Assembly (NCBI GenBank): GCA_964187785.1
Contig: OZ076411.1
Span: 41,788,001 to 41,852,000 of the forward strand
Direction of reading: 5' to 3'
From: Amphiscolops sp. MND2022
Lineage: Eukaryota
Length of the DNA stretch: 64,000 nucleotides
Positions 43,401 to 55,400 of the stretch are shown one piece after another. Numbering within the stretch: position 1 is the first letter of the stretch; the number at the start of each line of letters is the position of its first letter. Under the pieces are notes generated by a model. It was not told the origin of the DNA. It worked only from the letters and a program-made list of their open reading frames with translations, and searched no databases. The translations under genes were made by a program, and so were the position numbers.

Positions 43401-46400
43401 GTCTGAAGTGAAGGTCCCAGTGACTCGAGAAAACACCCAGAAAAGGGTACTTCGCTCAATCACAATGCTCAATTCTCATGAAACTGAAAAGTCCAAGTCC
43501 ATTTTGAAAGAATTGCAAAGTAGTTTTGACGTTTCGATCAACGACGATGATCTTATAGAGATTGACTTTACTCCCACAGCCATTGATGCGTCAAACTTCC
43601 TTTTCATCTTGCAGCAATCCACCAAGAGACTTTATCACCCAGATTACAAACGAATTATAAACAATATTAAAATTTCACCAGATCTAGTACCAAACTCAAA
43701 AGCTAAAGAGATTGTAAAACCAAAAATTATCTAGACCAAGTTTGTCACAGCTCGAAAAACAAAAAGCAGCGTAAAGTCAACAAAGAAACCCCGCAAGAAA
43801 GATGACCAGCAATCTGGCCCAAGTTTTGAAGGCCAAGAAGATGGCTCGAAGGATTGGGAAATTTTCAACAACTGAACAAGCAAAGTTGGAAAAAATGTAC
43901 ACTAGTGGACCTGCTGCTTACGGGAGTGCGAGAAATTTGCAAGAGACCAGCAAAGTGCCAAAAACAGAAATTGACACTTTTTTGTAACAAAGAAGATGCC
44001 CATACAAAATACCGACAAATTCAACGTAAGTTCCCTCGCCTTAAAGTAATTGCTTACGAAATTAACGAAATTTGGCCAATAGATGTCGCCTTACAAGTTG
44101 GCAAAATATAACAATGGAGTCAAGTATTTACTGGTTGCAGTAGATGTGTTATCAAGATTTTTACGTGTTGTACCAATGCGAAAAAGTGCTCCTGACGTTG
44201 CTAAAGCTTTCGAGAAGATGACCAACCGCAAAAAGTTTGGTCAGACAAGGGAACCGAATTCAAAGAGCGTTCAAAAATCTTTGCGATAAGAGAGGAATAG
44301 CAACATATACAACTGCCAGCGAAACAAATTCAGCTTTTGCAAAGAAAAACATTCGTTCCCTCAAAAATATCTTTCACAAACGCATGGAAAACAAATGGAC
44401 ATATCAATAATTCAGAAAGCTATCTCAATCTATCAGCACAATCAACTCCGCGTGAATCGTGTAACAAAGTTGGTTCCAAACAAAGGTACAAAGAAGCACG
44501 AGCCACATTTACGATCGCTAGCTGCAGAGCAGTCGAGCAAATTTGTCAAAAAACCAAAGTTTAATCTCCGTGATAAAGTTCGGATAGCCAAACAAGATTT
44601 ACCCTTCAAAAAGGGGATATAAACAAATTTCACAGACGAAATATTTACATTAATCAAAATTTCGACTTTCAACGCTCCCTTATACAACTTGAGAGACGAG
44701 AGTGGTGATACAATCAACGGCAATTTTTACGAACCCGAACTTGTGAAGGTCATTGGACGAATTTGACATTTACCTGGAATCAGCAGGTTCCATGTAAACA
44801 GCGGCAACATAATGGCAGCGTTTCGTAACCTCTTGGCCCACCCAATTAATTTGGAATGTGACTGGCGGGTAGCGCTTGCCGAAATCATGTTCCCCACCAG
44901 CATCAAAAACATAACTACAACGGACTTTTTCTTTTTCACATCCAAAACACCATATGACAAAACTCCTGTCCCGAGCGCCAAAGCAGGTGCAGTTATCACG
45001 AGACGATTGATCAGATAATGCGAAATTTGAAGCTGTGGAGTATCAGACAATTGGCAGCATTCTGTAGCAACTATGCAAGGCAACTGAATCCAAAAAGCCA
45101 TTAAACTCTGCAGAATATGTGGAGGGTAGCATTGAAATTAGTTTTAAAAGCAGATATGGAATAAGTGTCAGAGATCGCACCCTCTTTGATGTTTTGGGTA
45201 TGCAGGGGGTGCCAGATTCAAATCGAGGAAGCTAATACATACGAACGAACTACAAAGTGGCAAATATGAAACAACCAATCAAAAACACTTATTTCTCAGA
45301 AACACTTTAAAAATCATACGCCAGATCTCACAGTGGGAACAAACATCATTGAATATCAACATGTTACTGGAGTAAAGTCGCCTCTTATTCGCCTCTGCGA
45401 ATTATTTTGAAAACACTAAACAAGTTCAAGACGGGAAACTTTTAAACACTTCAACATCGGCCCACAAAGTTTTCACTGAGCTACAGTTGAAGAAGCTCAT
45501 TACTAGTACAATTGAAGAAATTCAAATTGAGTTGATGTCCATTACTGGACAGAAAGTTCCTTTCGTTGGTATCGGTCTAGTAGCTCTCAATCAAGTTTCC
45601 GAAATTTCAATAAATGGAACATTACTAAGCCCAACAGGCCTAACTACCTCATTTCTCAGGACCTGCAAGACAACGTGAAAGTGGTTCCGGGTCATTAGCA
45701 GCTGATGTTGGACGAGTAGCTTTACCATTTGCCAAAAAGTTTTTGCTTCCCGCTGTCAAGTCAATTGGCAAAGAATTCTTATTACAAAGCATACCCGAGT
45801 TGCTTGACGTGGCATCAAAAAAGAAGACAGCAAAACAAGCGGTTTGATCAGCAGTCCGCAAAACTGTAAAGAAACAATTGGGTGGATCTAAAAGAAAGAA
45901 GAGGCAAACGATTCATTAGACGTAAAAAATTTACACCAAGAAGTCGGTCAGAATATTTCTTTAGTGTCAAAAATGTTGATTACCAGTAACGCTTTACCAA
46001 TCGAAACCTCACACTTCACTCGATATTTTCGAAAGGACTCAGCACCTAGTCAACTTTGACGGGTCTTTTGAGCAGAAAATTGGCCCGCTGTATGCTCCAA
46101 ATGGACCAACATTGGAGTTATAAGTCAAGGGAGACCGGACCAACTTTATTGATTTACAAAACATTTATTTGGAATTCAAGTGTGAAATTGTAAAAGCAGA
46201 CAACACCAATTTAAGTTATGTGACTGGAGACGCAACTCAGCGAGACACGCCACTTTTTGTCAACAGTACCTTTCATTCATTATTCTCAGATTGCACTGTA
46301 ACGGCCGAAGGAGTTGTGGTCTCTTCGGCAAATGGACTCTACGCCCACAAGGCTTTCATTGAAACTGAATTTTCCCACATCCTGGAAGCAAAAAATACTT

Positions 46401-49400
46401 GGTTGGAATGTCAGGGTTATAACTACGAATCCAACCCTAGTACGCACACCTTGACAGCTTTCACATAGAGAGAAGCTGAAACGAGATCTTCAGCCGCTGT
46501 AACTTTCATTGGGCGAGTTGCCTCTGAGTTTTTCTCGTGCGGTCAGTGGAGTTGAGCTGAGAATTTCCTTCCTTCGAACGAGGCCCGAATTTTGCTTGAT
46601 TTGACGACGCAGGCAAAGACTACAAAATTAATATAACTCAAGCCAGTTTGTACGTTCGCAAAATGACTCTTACTGAGATTGCCTATTCCGCATTTGAAAC
46701 TACTTTGGCGAAAGCTACTGCTCGATATCGGTACACTGAGATCATTCCAAGGACTTTTGTCATCGGGCAAAACTCACAAAGTTGGGATCAAGAAAATGTC
46801 TTTAGCGGTCAACCAATTCGAAGATTTATACTTGCCATGTAACCAATGCTTGCTTTGTGGGGCCAAAACAACGAACCCATTCCTTTATCAAAAATTTGGT
46901 TTGCGCAGCATAGTCTATCGTAATGGTCATCCAATTGCTGGAACACCCTTAGAGACCGACACCGACAAAAAGATGTACCTGCATTCAATGGGAGCTCTAG
47001 CGTTTCTTGAGCATGGTCATGGAATTTCATTCGAGGAATGTGCAAATCATTATATGTTAGTTTTCGATCTAACCAGTACTCATTGTCAATTCAGACAAGG
47101 CTACTCAAATGGGAACTCATTGGCTTTTGCTGTGCAACAGAAGCAACAAGTACTTATTCGCTGACCCGCTTGGTCTTACACTCAACAATTATCCTCATGT
47201 TCGTGATCGAAAATCTTTTGCAGTTTTGGGAGTGACAAGAGATTATAGAAGTTCCTCAGCAAAACTCAAGTTTGTGTGGACTTTATTGCATTTATATAGC
47301 TCATTAGGTGTTTGACGCTGATTTTCCTATATAATGATATAAGAGATAATTCCTTATATTAGTGAACAAGAACTAATGCGTTTTGTAAAACATTTCATTC
47401 AATGCTGTCTTTTCTAATTGAAGTTTCTTCCTTCAATCTTTTTTTCAAAAAGAAAACAAACAAGAATAAATTGAGTTCGGAACGTTTAAATGTAGACCGA
47501 ATGACAAACACTAATTCAAAATAGCTATCATTTAAATACCAAAAACAACAAACACAAGATCAAAAACAAATCAAGTTCTGGCAGTTCATTTTATGAATAG
47601 GCTCGCCGTCCAAAGCTCCAGGCTTCCAGAACTCACTGGGTTCTTGGTTTGCAGTGACTGACTCAATGGCACCGGCATCAGGGAAGATGGAAGTCTATAG
47701 GAACTCGGGGACCCTTTGCTTTTGCTATTTGGATTCCTCAGACACGAAAAGATTGGGAAGGTGTTAGGTTTCGGTGCGTACACTTCAGCCACGTCACACT
47801 CAATCTTTATCATTTCCGGTCGTTGGTAGTTGTTGAGGACGATGGGGGGTTGAGCTGCAAAGATCCCAGATTCAATATTTCCCCGAAATACTGTAAAGAT
47901 TCCGAAAATAGGACGTGGTTTTTATGGACGGGACCATAATTTGATACGAGCTCGTCGTCGATTTTAAGGCAAATCAATTACTTTGTTGCAAATCAGTTAC
48001 CTTCACAAGCAAAAATTGTTGAAAATAACCCACTCTCGCCTGCAATTTTTGATTTAAAATACTATTTCAGTGAATTTATTCTTTTGTAAAAACAATTTCA
48101 TTTTCTTTCATAATCGTTTCAACAAGGTAATTTTCTTTGAACAACAAATTCTTCTGATATAGTACTTTCAATCAATTGTCTTAATGAAAATGAGAACCTG
48201 CGATGTTTATCAAAAAACATTTCTTAGCAAAAATTCTCCGTAAACACCGACGACTTGTTCATATAATTCCTGCTTACTTATTCGTCATGGAATGCAATGT
48301 TTGCCACCCAAGTGAGCTATCAGTCAGCGAAATAGATAAACACTTCCATGAGAATCACGGGACGCAGCTGGAAAAGATGTGGGTCTATCGTGGAGTGGGA
48401 TTCGATGATCCCGAAAAATTCTACAAACACTTGATTGAGAAACATGATCTACCCCCACTCGCAGATTCTGGGCGGAAAACTACAAAACCCATCTCGTCCG
48501 CGTTCGACGGGGCACTGAAAGTGTATAAAATTGATCGATCTGGAGAAAACGACTTGATGCAGTTTATGACCGACGTAAAGCCTCAAATTGACAAGTTGGT
48601 TTGTGAAAACGTAACCCGAAAGTTACAACTGATACTGCGAACCGAGCTTTCCAAGTTGACCGAAGGTGAAGAGACAGAACTTTTCCTCCGCTCTCCAATA
48701 ATACCTGTCTAAGGCATCTACCTGTTACAATCTGATTTCCTAAGTATGGTAGACAAATTGGTCAGTACTCTGTTCACTTTCACGGCATCTGGAAATGGCT
48801 GGCTTCTGGATAAAATTCTAGATCTGGATGTGAACTTTGCATTATTCAATCCACTTCACAGCGGCGTGGCACCTCCAGAACGGACCTCTACTCTATAACT
48901 CAGCGTTTCAAGAGTGAAACGGACAAGCCCGAACACTTGTTCGCGACGCAACTCATTAGCTCATCACGCTAAAGGTGAGTTTGAAATGCCCATTGGCTTC
49001 GGTCAGATGCTTCGATTCGAAAAATTGAATAACTGCAAAATCAGGGTGTTCAGATACACTGAAAAGCAACTGGTTCCCCTGCGAGTAACACGAGGAAAAG
49101 GAGATGGCTTCGAAATCGACCTGTTGATAGTCAATGATGGACAAGGGTATCATTACATTCTGACTGGATCTGCCCAAAGCTTGTCAATCTTGTCAAGGGA
49201 ACGACATCTTTGTATCAGAGTCCTCTGCAGGAACTGCTTCCACGTATGCATGAATGAAAACACATACAAACATCAAGTTAGTTGTCTACAACATGATCCG
49301 GCCGTAGTCAAAATGCCGTCACCAGAAAAACAAACTCAAGTTTAAAAATTGGCAAGCTCGCTGGTTTGCACCAGTAGTTATCTACTTTGACTTGGAGTTA

Positions 49401-52400
49401 ATCATTCTACTCGTGGCTGGATGTCTAAATGCCAATCAATCAACAACTGTCACAGGAATTCATTAACCAAATGGTTTTCGTATTGTTGGAATCGAGCACG
49501 GAAACCCTGACCCCGTTTTCATGCAATTAGAAACGTCGGAACTTTGCATGGTGTTATTTGTTGAGGCACTGCAACAGATTGCTCAAGAAATTCATCAAAA
49601 GAAGCAACGCTACAGGTACTTTCGCGATCCAGTACCGGAAAGACCACAAGGAGCTCAACTTTGTTGGATCTGCAAAGGTCAATTTGTAATGAACAGAGAC
49701 CCGGATGACGATAAAGTCGTTGACCATTGTCACTATTCGGGAAAGTTTTTCGGTTTTACGCACCCAGAATGCAATCTCAAAAGGAAGACTGTCAATTTCA
49801 TTCCAGTAATGGCACACAATTCGTCAAACTATGACTTGCGTCACGTTTGCCTATATGTTCACAAGTTTAAACCTAGTTGCAAAACTGAGGTGATCCCATC
49901 GACAGACGAAAAATACATCACCTTAACAGTCGGACTACCCGTTAGAACATAACGAGACAAAAATGGAATGACAAAAACTTTTTCCGAGTACTTGCGTTTC
50001 ATTGACTCTTATCGTTTCATGGCCTTTTCACTCGAGAAACTTGCTGGTTTTTTGCCTCAAGAAAAGTTCAAGATATTGGATCGATGCTAATCAGACTACT
50101 CTACAGAAGACAAGCCTTACACACCAAAAAGGATATTTGATAAATTTCTCGAGACGAAGCTACCACCAAGAGACCAATGGAAGGATTCACTGCGGAACGG
50201 GACAATCATGGTGACACAAGAGGAATGGAAGCATGCCGATAATGTTTTTCAAACATTTGGATGCCTAAACTTGGGAGACTATCATGACTTGTATCTCAAA
50301 AGAGACAAACTTCTGTTGGCATGTGTTTTCTAAAAGTCCAGAAGCCTCTTACAAGACATATGAACTGGACAGTGCACACTATTTCACTTGCTCCCATTTG
50401 TCAGGTGATGCATTTTTGAAGCATTTTAGAGCCGACATTGAGCAGCTGACAGATCGACAGCACTTAAAAATGGCGGAGAACATGATTAGAGGCGGTGTTG
50501 CCTGGGTATTTGACAAAAAGTTCTTCAAGGCCAACAATAGATACGTTGCAGAACACAACTACAACACCTATGGGGTACTTCTTGATGCAAACAGATTGTA
50601 TGGAGGCATCATGGAAAAGTTCCCGTTGCCAATAAACAGCTTGGAAACGGTGCAAGGATATAACCTCGAGAGAATTTTGGCAACTACAAACGATTCAGAG
50701 TATGGTTTTTTTCTTGAAGTTGATTTGCATTACCCCGATTGACTCCATGATGGACATGAAGACTTTCCTTTTAGCGCCAACAAAGGAGCGAATCTACTAC
50801 AGAAGCCTGGGTGAGAAAGCGAGAATTGCTCGAGGTGATGGGTGAAACCAGACAATACAGTCAAGGTAAAAAGCTCATTCAAACACTTGCGGACAAAAAC
50901 CTACACACCACACTACCTAGCCCTCAAACTCTATGTAAGCCTAGGCATGGAAGTGAAGAATGTTCGCCCCGTACTAAAATTCTGACAATCCAAATGGCTC
51001 AAGCCGCATATGGAACTGAACAGCAAAAGCAAAAAGAGTCCCGGGACAAGTTTGAGGAAAGTTTCTTCAAACTAATGAACAACCTTCGCTTCGGAAAAAC
51101 TCTCGAAAGCAAACGAAATTGTCTAACTGTGCAGCTAAAAACCAACCGAGATGATGTTTTGAGGAGAACTGACACCCCATTCTTTTTCCAGTTTAAAATA
51201 TCCAACGAAAACCTTGCCGCTGTATCATCGAGGAAACGATCCATTCTCTGGAACAAGCCAACAATTGTTGGGGCTACGGTTATGGACTTAGCCAAGCTTC
51301 ACATGTTTGACTTTCATTACAATGTAATGAAGAAGCACTTCAATTGCTTTGTTCTTTATTCACAGACTGATTCGCTGCGGTATGAAATCAAACATAGATT
51401 TCTACGAAGAACTAGCCACTAACTATGAATTGCGTCAGCATTTCGACCTCTCTGATTACCCAATCGATCATTTCCTGTACAATATTGAAAACAATATGGT
51501 CACCCTAAAGTTCAAAGATGAACTCGCAGGAGAACCAATTGAGGAATTTGTCAGACTAAAACCAAAAATGTTTTCCATCTTGGTCGGGGGTCGACAGAAA
51601 CTATCTGCCAAAGGCGTCTGCAGGTTCGCGCAGAAAGACCTGAATCATGACCTTTACAAAAAAATTTTACATACGGGAAATCAAGACAATGAGCATGTGA
51701 ATAGGGTCGGAAAAGCATCAACTGCAAACCATCAAGACCAATAAAGTATCGCTAAGCTCGTTTGACGACAAGCGATTTATACTAGATTGTATTCCTACCT
51801 TACCTCACGGACATTACAAGATAAGAGATGTCCATGTCATCCAAGACATCATTGACAGGCCGGAGTGGGGCAACGAAGAAGACAAAGAGATGCCAACAAG
51901 TACTGCATGGGATGAATTTATAGGTAACGATCCCGTCAACACAGTGACACATCTTTCCAGAAGAACAGCAAATTGCACAAGTGGTGAGAGCCTGAAGAAA
52001 TTTTCACACTAAGCGATGACGAGCCAATAACGTTAACCCAGCAGATGATGGCAGCGTGGTCGCCCCCTGATCCTGGGTTCAATGAAAGGGAATATAGTAA
52101 GTCTGAGATGGAAGATGATATTGCTAATCTGGACGAATCATTCGAAGAGCAGGGCCCACCACGCAATCCATTCAATGATGAAACGGCAGAGACAACAGAT
52201 GCAGAAGAACCAACACACGGGGATGACGAAGATTCCGATCCCGATGACTGCGTGGTAGTAGCACAACTCACGGAAGATGAAGCAAACGTTATAGAAGATT
52301 CAGAACACCCAATAGACTTTAACAGCTGGTCCAACTACAATGAATTTGAACCGGATCGAACGAGCGAAAAGAAGACGGATCGAAATTGTGAGCGACAGTG

Positions 52401-55400
52401 AATTAAAACTTTGCGCTTGGTAATTTCATTTACGATTTGCTTGTACTCATGTGTGTTGTATTCATGTTTTGCTCTTTGTTCTCAAATACCCTTCAACAAG
52501 CTTTCAAGTTGTTTCAAGCGCTTCAGGAACTTTGCGATTTCAGTCTCGTTTTGCTTTCTTTTTATTGGCCATCGCGTTGTCTAATAGCATAGAAGATACC
52601 CCAAAAGCCGTAGATTACTTGCTTTCAGTTGAAAAACTAATCGATAGATGATTTTGAAAGCCAAATACCGGCCTCAAAAGCCGCCTCACAGGCTTAATCA
52701 CGGCTCCATAAGCGTAAAATGGAACTTGCTAGGCTCCAAAAGCAAAATACTGGGCGTGAAAGCCGCCCCGCAAGCCTAATCGCGGCCCCATAAGCCTAAA
52801 ATAGAAATTGCTAGGCTGCAAAAGCAAAATGCTGGGCATAAAAGACGCCCCTGCAGGTTTAATTGCGGCCCCATAGCCGTAGAATGGAAAATGTTTGGCG
52901 ATAAAAGCAAAATACTGGGCTTCAATGCCGCCCCCGCAGCCCTGCATGCGGCCCGATAATCGTAAAATGGAAATTGTTTGGCTGCAAAAACAAAATACTG
53001 GGCAAAAAAGCCGCCCCCACAGGCCTAAAGGCGGCCCCATAAGCGTAGAATGGAAAATGCTTGGCTATAAAAGCAGAATACTGGGCTTTAATGCCGCCCC
53101 GGAAGCCTTATTGCGGCCCCATAACATTAGAATGGAAAATGTTTGGCTATAAAAGCAAAATACTGGGCTTTAATGCCGCCCCCGCAGCCCTGCATGCGGC
53201 CCCATAATCGTAAAATAGAAATTGTTTGGCTGCAAAAGCAAAATACTGGGCATAAAAGCCGCCAGATTTCATTCATTCCCGCCATAGTGAGTTTTTGTAG
53301 AAAAACTCGGCCGGATGATTCCATCAAAGATTGCGAGATCGGAAACACTAGTTGAGGATCCATGGGACTCCAAACCGGTACCCGAATTCGAAACCATGTT
53401 ATCATGAAAAGCGTTCAACAACAACGAGAAATCTGAATAATTTCCAAGAGAAATTAAAACTTTTTTGGGAAAAGTTCAACAATTTAGGAGTATTTACTAC
53501 GTTTTGGAGGAAGGTGGTTTTCAATTTTTGAGTCGAATCTAATATTCGTTTCAGGAATATTCAACTGCCATTTTACAGATAGCCTGAACATAAAACAACC
53601 CCAAAATGAACCATGAAATGAAATGCATCAAGTTTTCAAGGCAAACTGTAATCAAAGGAAATTTTTTCCTTATTAGTTTGTAAAGTTTGCTAATTTGGAA
53701 GAAAAAACGGAGAGATTAGCTCAGAAATCAAACTTTTGTTTGAAAATTGCAAAACTGACTGTACCATGGTTGATAATATGCGGTAATTATATGACAATGG
53801 ACATACTTTCTATTCAGACTAATGAAGATGAAACGACAATTCGTTTCAATCAGAAGTACAGGTGGTATTTTTGTTTTGAAGTCAGACAAAAAACTAAAGC
53901 TAGTTCTAACATTTCAGAAATTTAACTTGAAGGTAATCGAACTCCGAGAAAAACTGTTCACTTTTTACTTTCTGGTACGCAATTTAACCTTCTACATCTC
54001 CGTGGATAACTGGTGTATAACAATATTTTACTGTAACTCATTGGTGAAGTGCGAATGAAGTGTGATCTGGTGTATGAACAAGTGCGAATTGTATACATGT
54101 AAGTAATACATCAATGTAACATGTAGCACACGCTCACGCAGTGTGAGTCACACTAGCCGGGACGCGCGCAGCAAGTCGACACGCCATCAAACCGACAATT
54201 GAAAACTGAGTCAAACAGCCGACACGAATTATCTGATTGGTCCAAAAGAGTTCATTGCAAGTTTGGAATTCAAACTTGAATGGATTGTGCAGTTTTTTTT
54301 CACTTGCTATTATATCTGTCGGATTGTTGACGCGTCAGGTTGATGTCGTGTCGGCCTGCTGCACCGGGGACAGTTCAAATCGTAGAATATTCAAAGCGTC
54401 GAACACGTATTACTGTAGCGAGCATGGTATGACGTAATGGAATGAATTGATTTCGGCCAATCAAATTCGAGCATTCAAAATTACGATAACGTAGTCAGCT
54501 ATGTTCACATACCCCTAGTGCCCTAAATGCAGGAGCGAAGCGAAGCGGAGCGACGTGCCATGTGGCCATGCCTCAATGTTGCTACTTGTCGAAGGGAGCG
54601 AAGCGACCGAGCCATACAACAAATATGCTAACCTCTTCAAATTATATCCTGGAAATAATCGCTGCTATGGAATTCTTTCGACCCTTTGAATAGCTTTGAT
54701 TTTTTCGACGGTTTGAATATTCTACGATTTGAATAGTCACCTGCTGCACCACCTCCACACTAGCCTTCCTTCCATACGTATTACAACACGTGTACAGTAC
54801 AGCAATGTATTACATGCATGTTGTAATTTGAGAGGAGACCACACTGTATGTATTACACACGGCATGTATATATAATTAGCGCTATTTCAGCTGGATGAAT
54901 TATGATATAGGCTAGCTAATTTCACAGTATTCCGCGTACTGATGGCCGAGTGGTTAGTGTGCTCGGCCATTATTTCAACCGGCTAGGTTCGAGTCCCGGG
55001 AGGGACTCATAGTCTGGTAGAAATTGAGTTCTTTTTGTCTAACCCCCCGTCGATCTGTTAATTAGATATAAAACCAAACTACTATTAGTTACTCCATCGG
55101 TGATACATCGAACCTTACATTGAAACAATTCAAATGTTTGTCCGACAAATATTTGTATTGTCATGCATTTCATTTGGGTCATGCAATTCATTTGCTCACT
55201 TCAGCGTAGTGCATTGAAATTTCAAGGACTGCTAGAAACTATGTTTTGTTTTTGGGTTTTGTGTTGGCTTGTTTTTAGTGACTCTTAAAAAGTCTTTAGG
55301 CACTAAATCGCACGGCAAACTGTAGTTTTGTTATTTGCTGAGTTTCATTTCGCTGAAAAATTTTCTAAAATATTTCGCAATTAGTTTGAGCGCTATGAAT

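Larger units (their letters stand above)
40050..52401 (+). mobile_element. Decayed Polinton/Maverick (adintovirus-like) element within NOP2 intron 4; termini not found
   Basis: Co-oriented remnants of packaging ATPase, rve integrase, minor and major capsid proteins, adenain-type protease and protein-primed PolB, all with stops or frameshifts. Confidence 0.88.

Noticed and set aside
52680-53265. CRISPR-like array
   Set aside because: Whole units are homologous with no unique spacers, no cas genes are present, and the context is eukaryotic. It is a minisatellite; the same applies to 34271-34464 and 62150-62580.
39790-55095. SINE pair as Polinton TIRs
   Set aside because: They carry Pol III boxes, are diverged from each other, lack AG/AGT-repeat Polinton termini with a 6-bp TSD, and the right copy is 2.5 kb from PolB.
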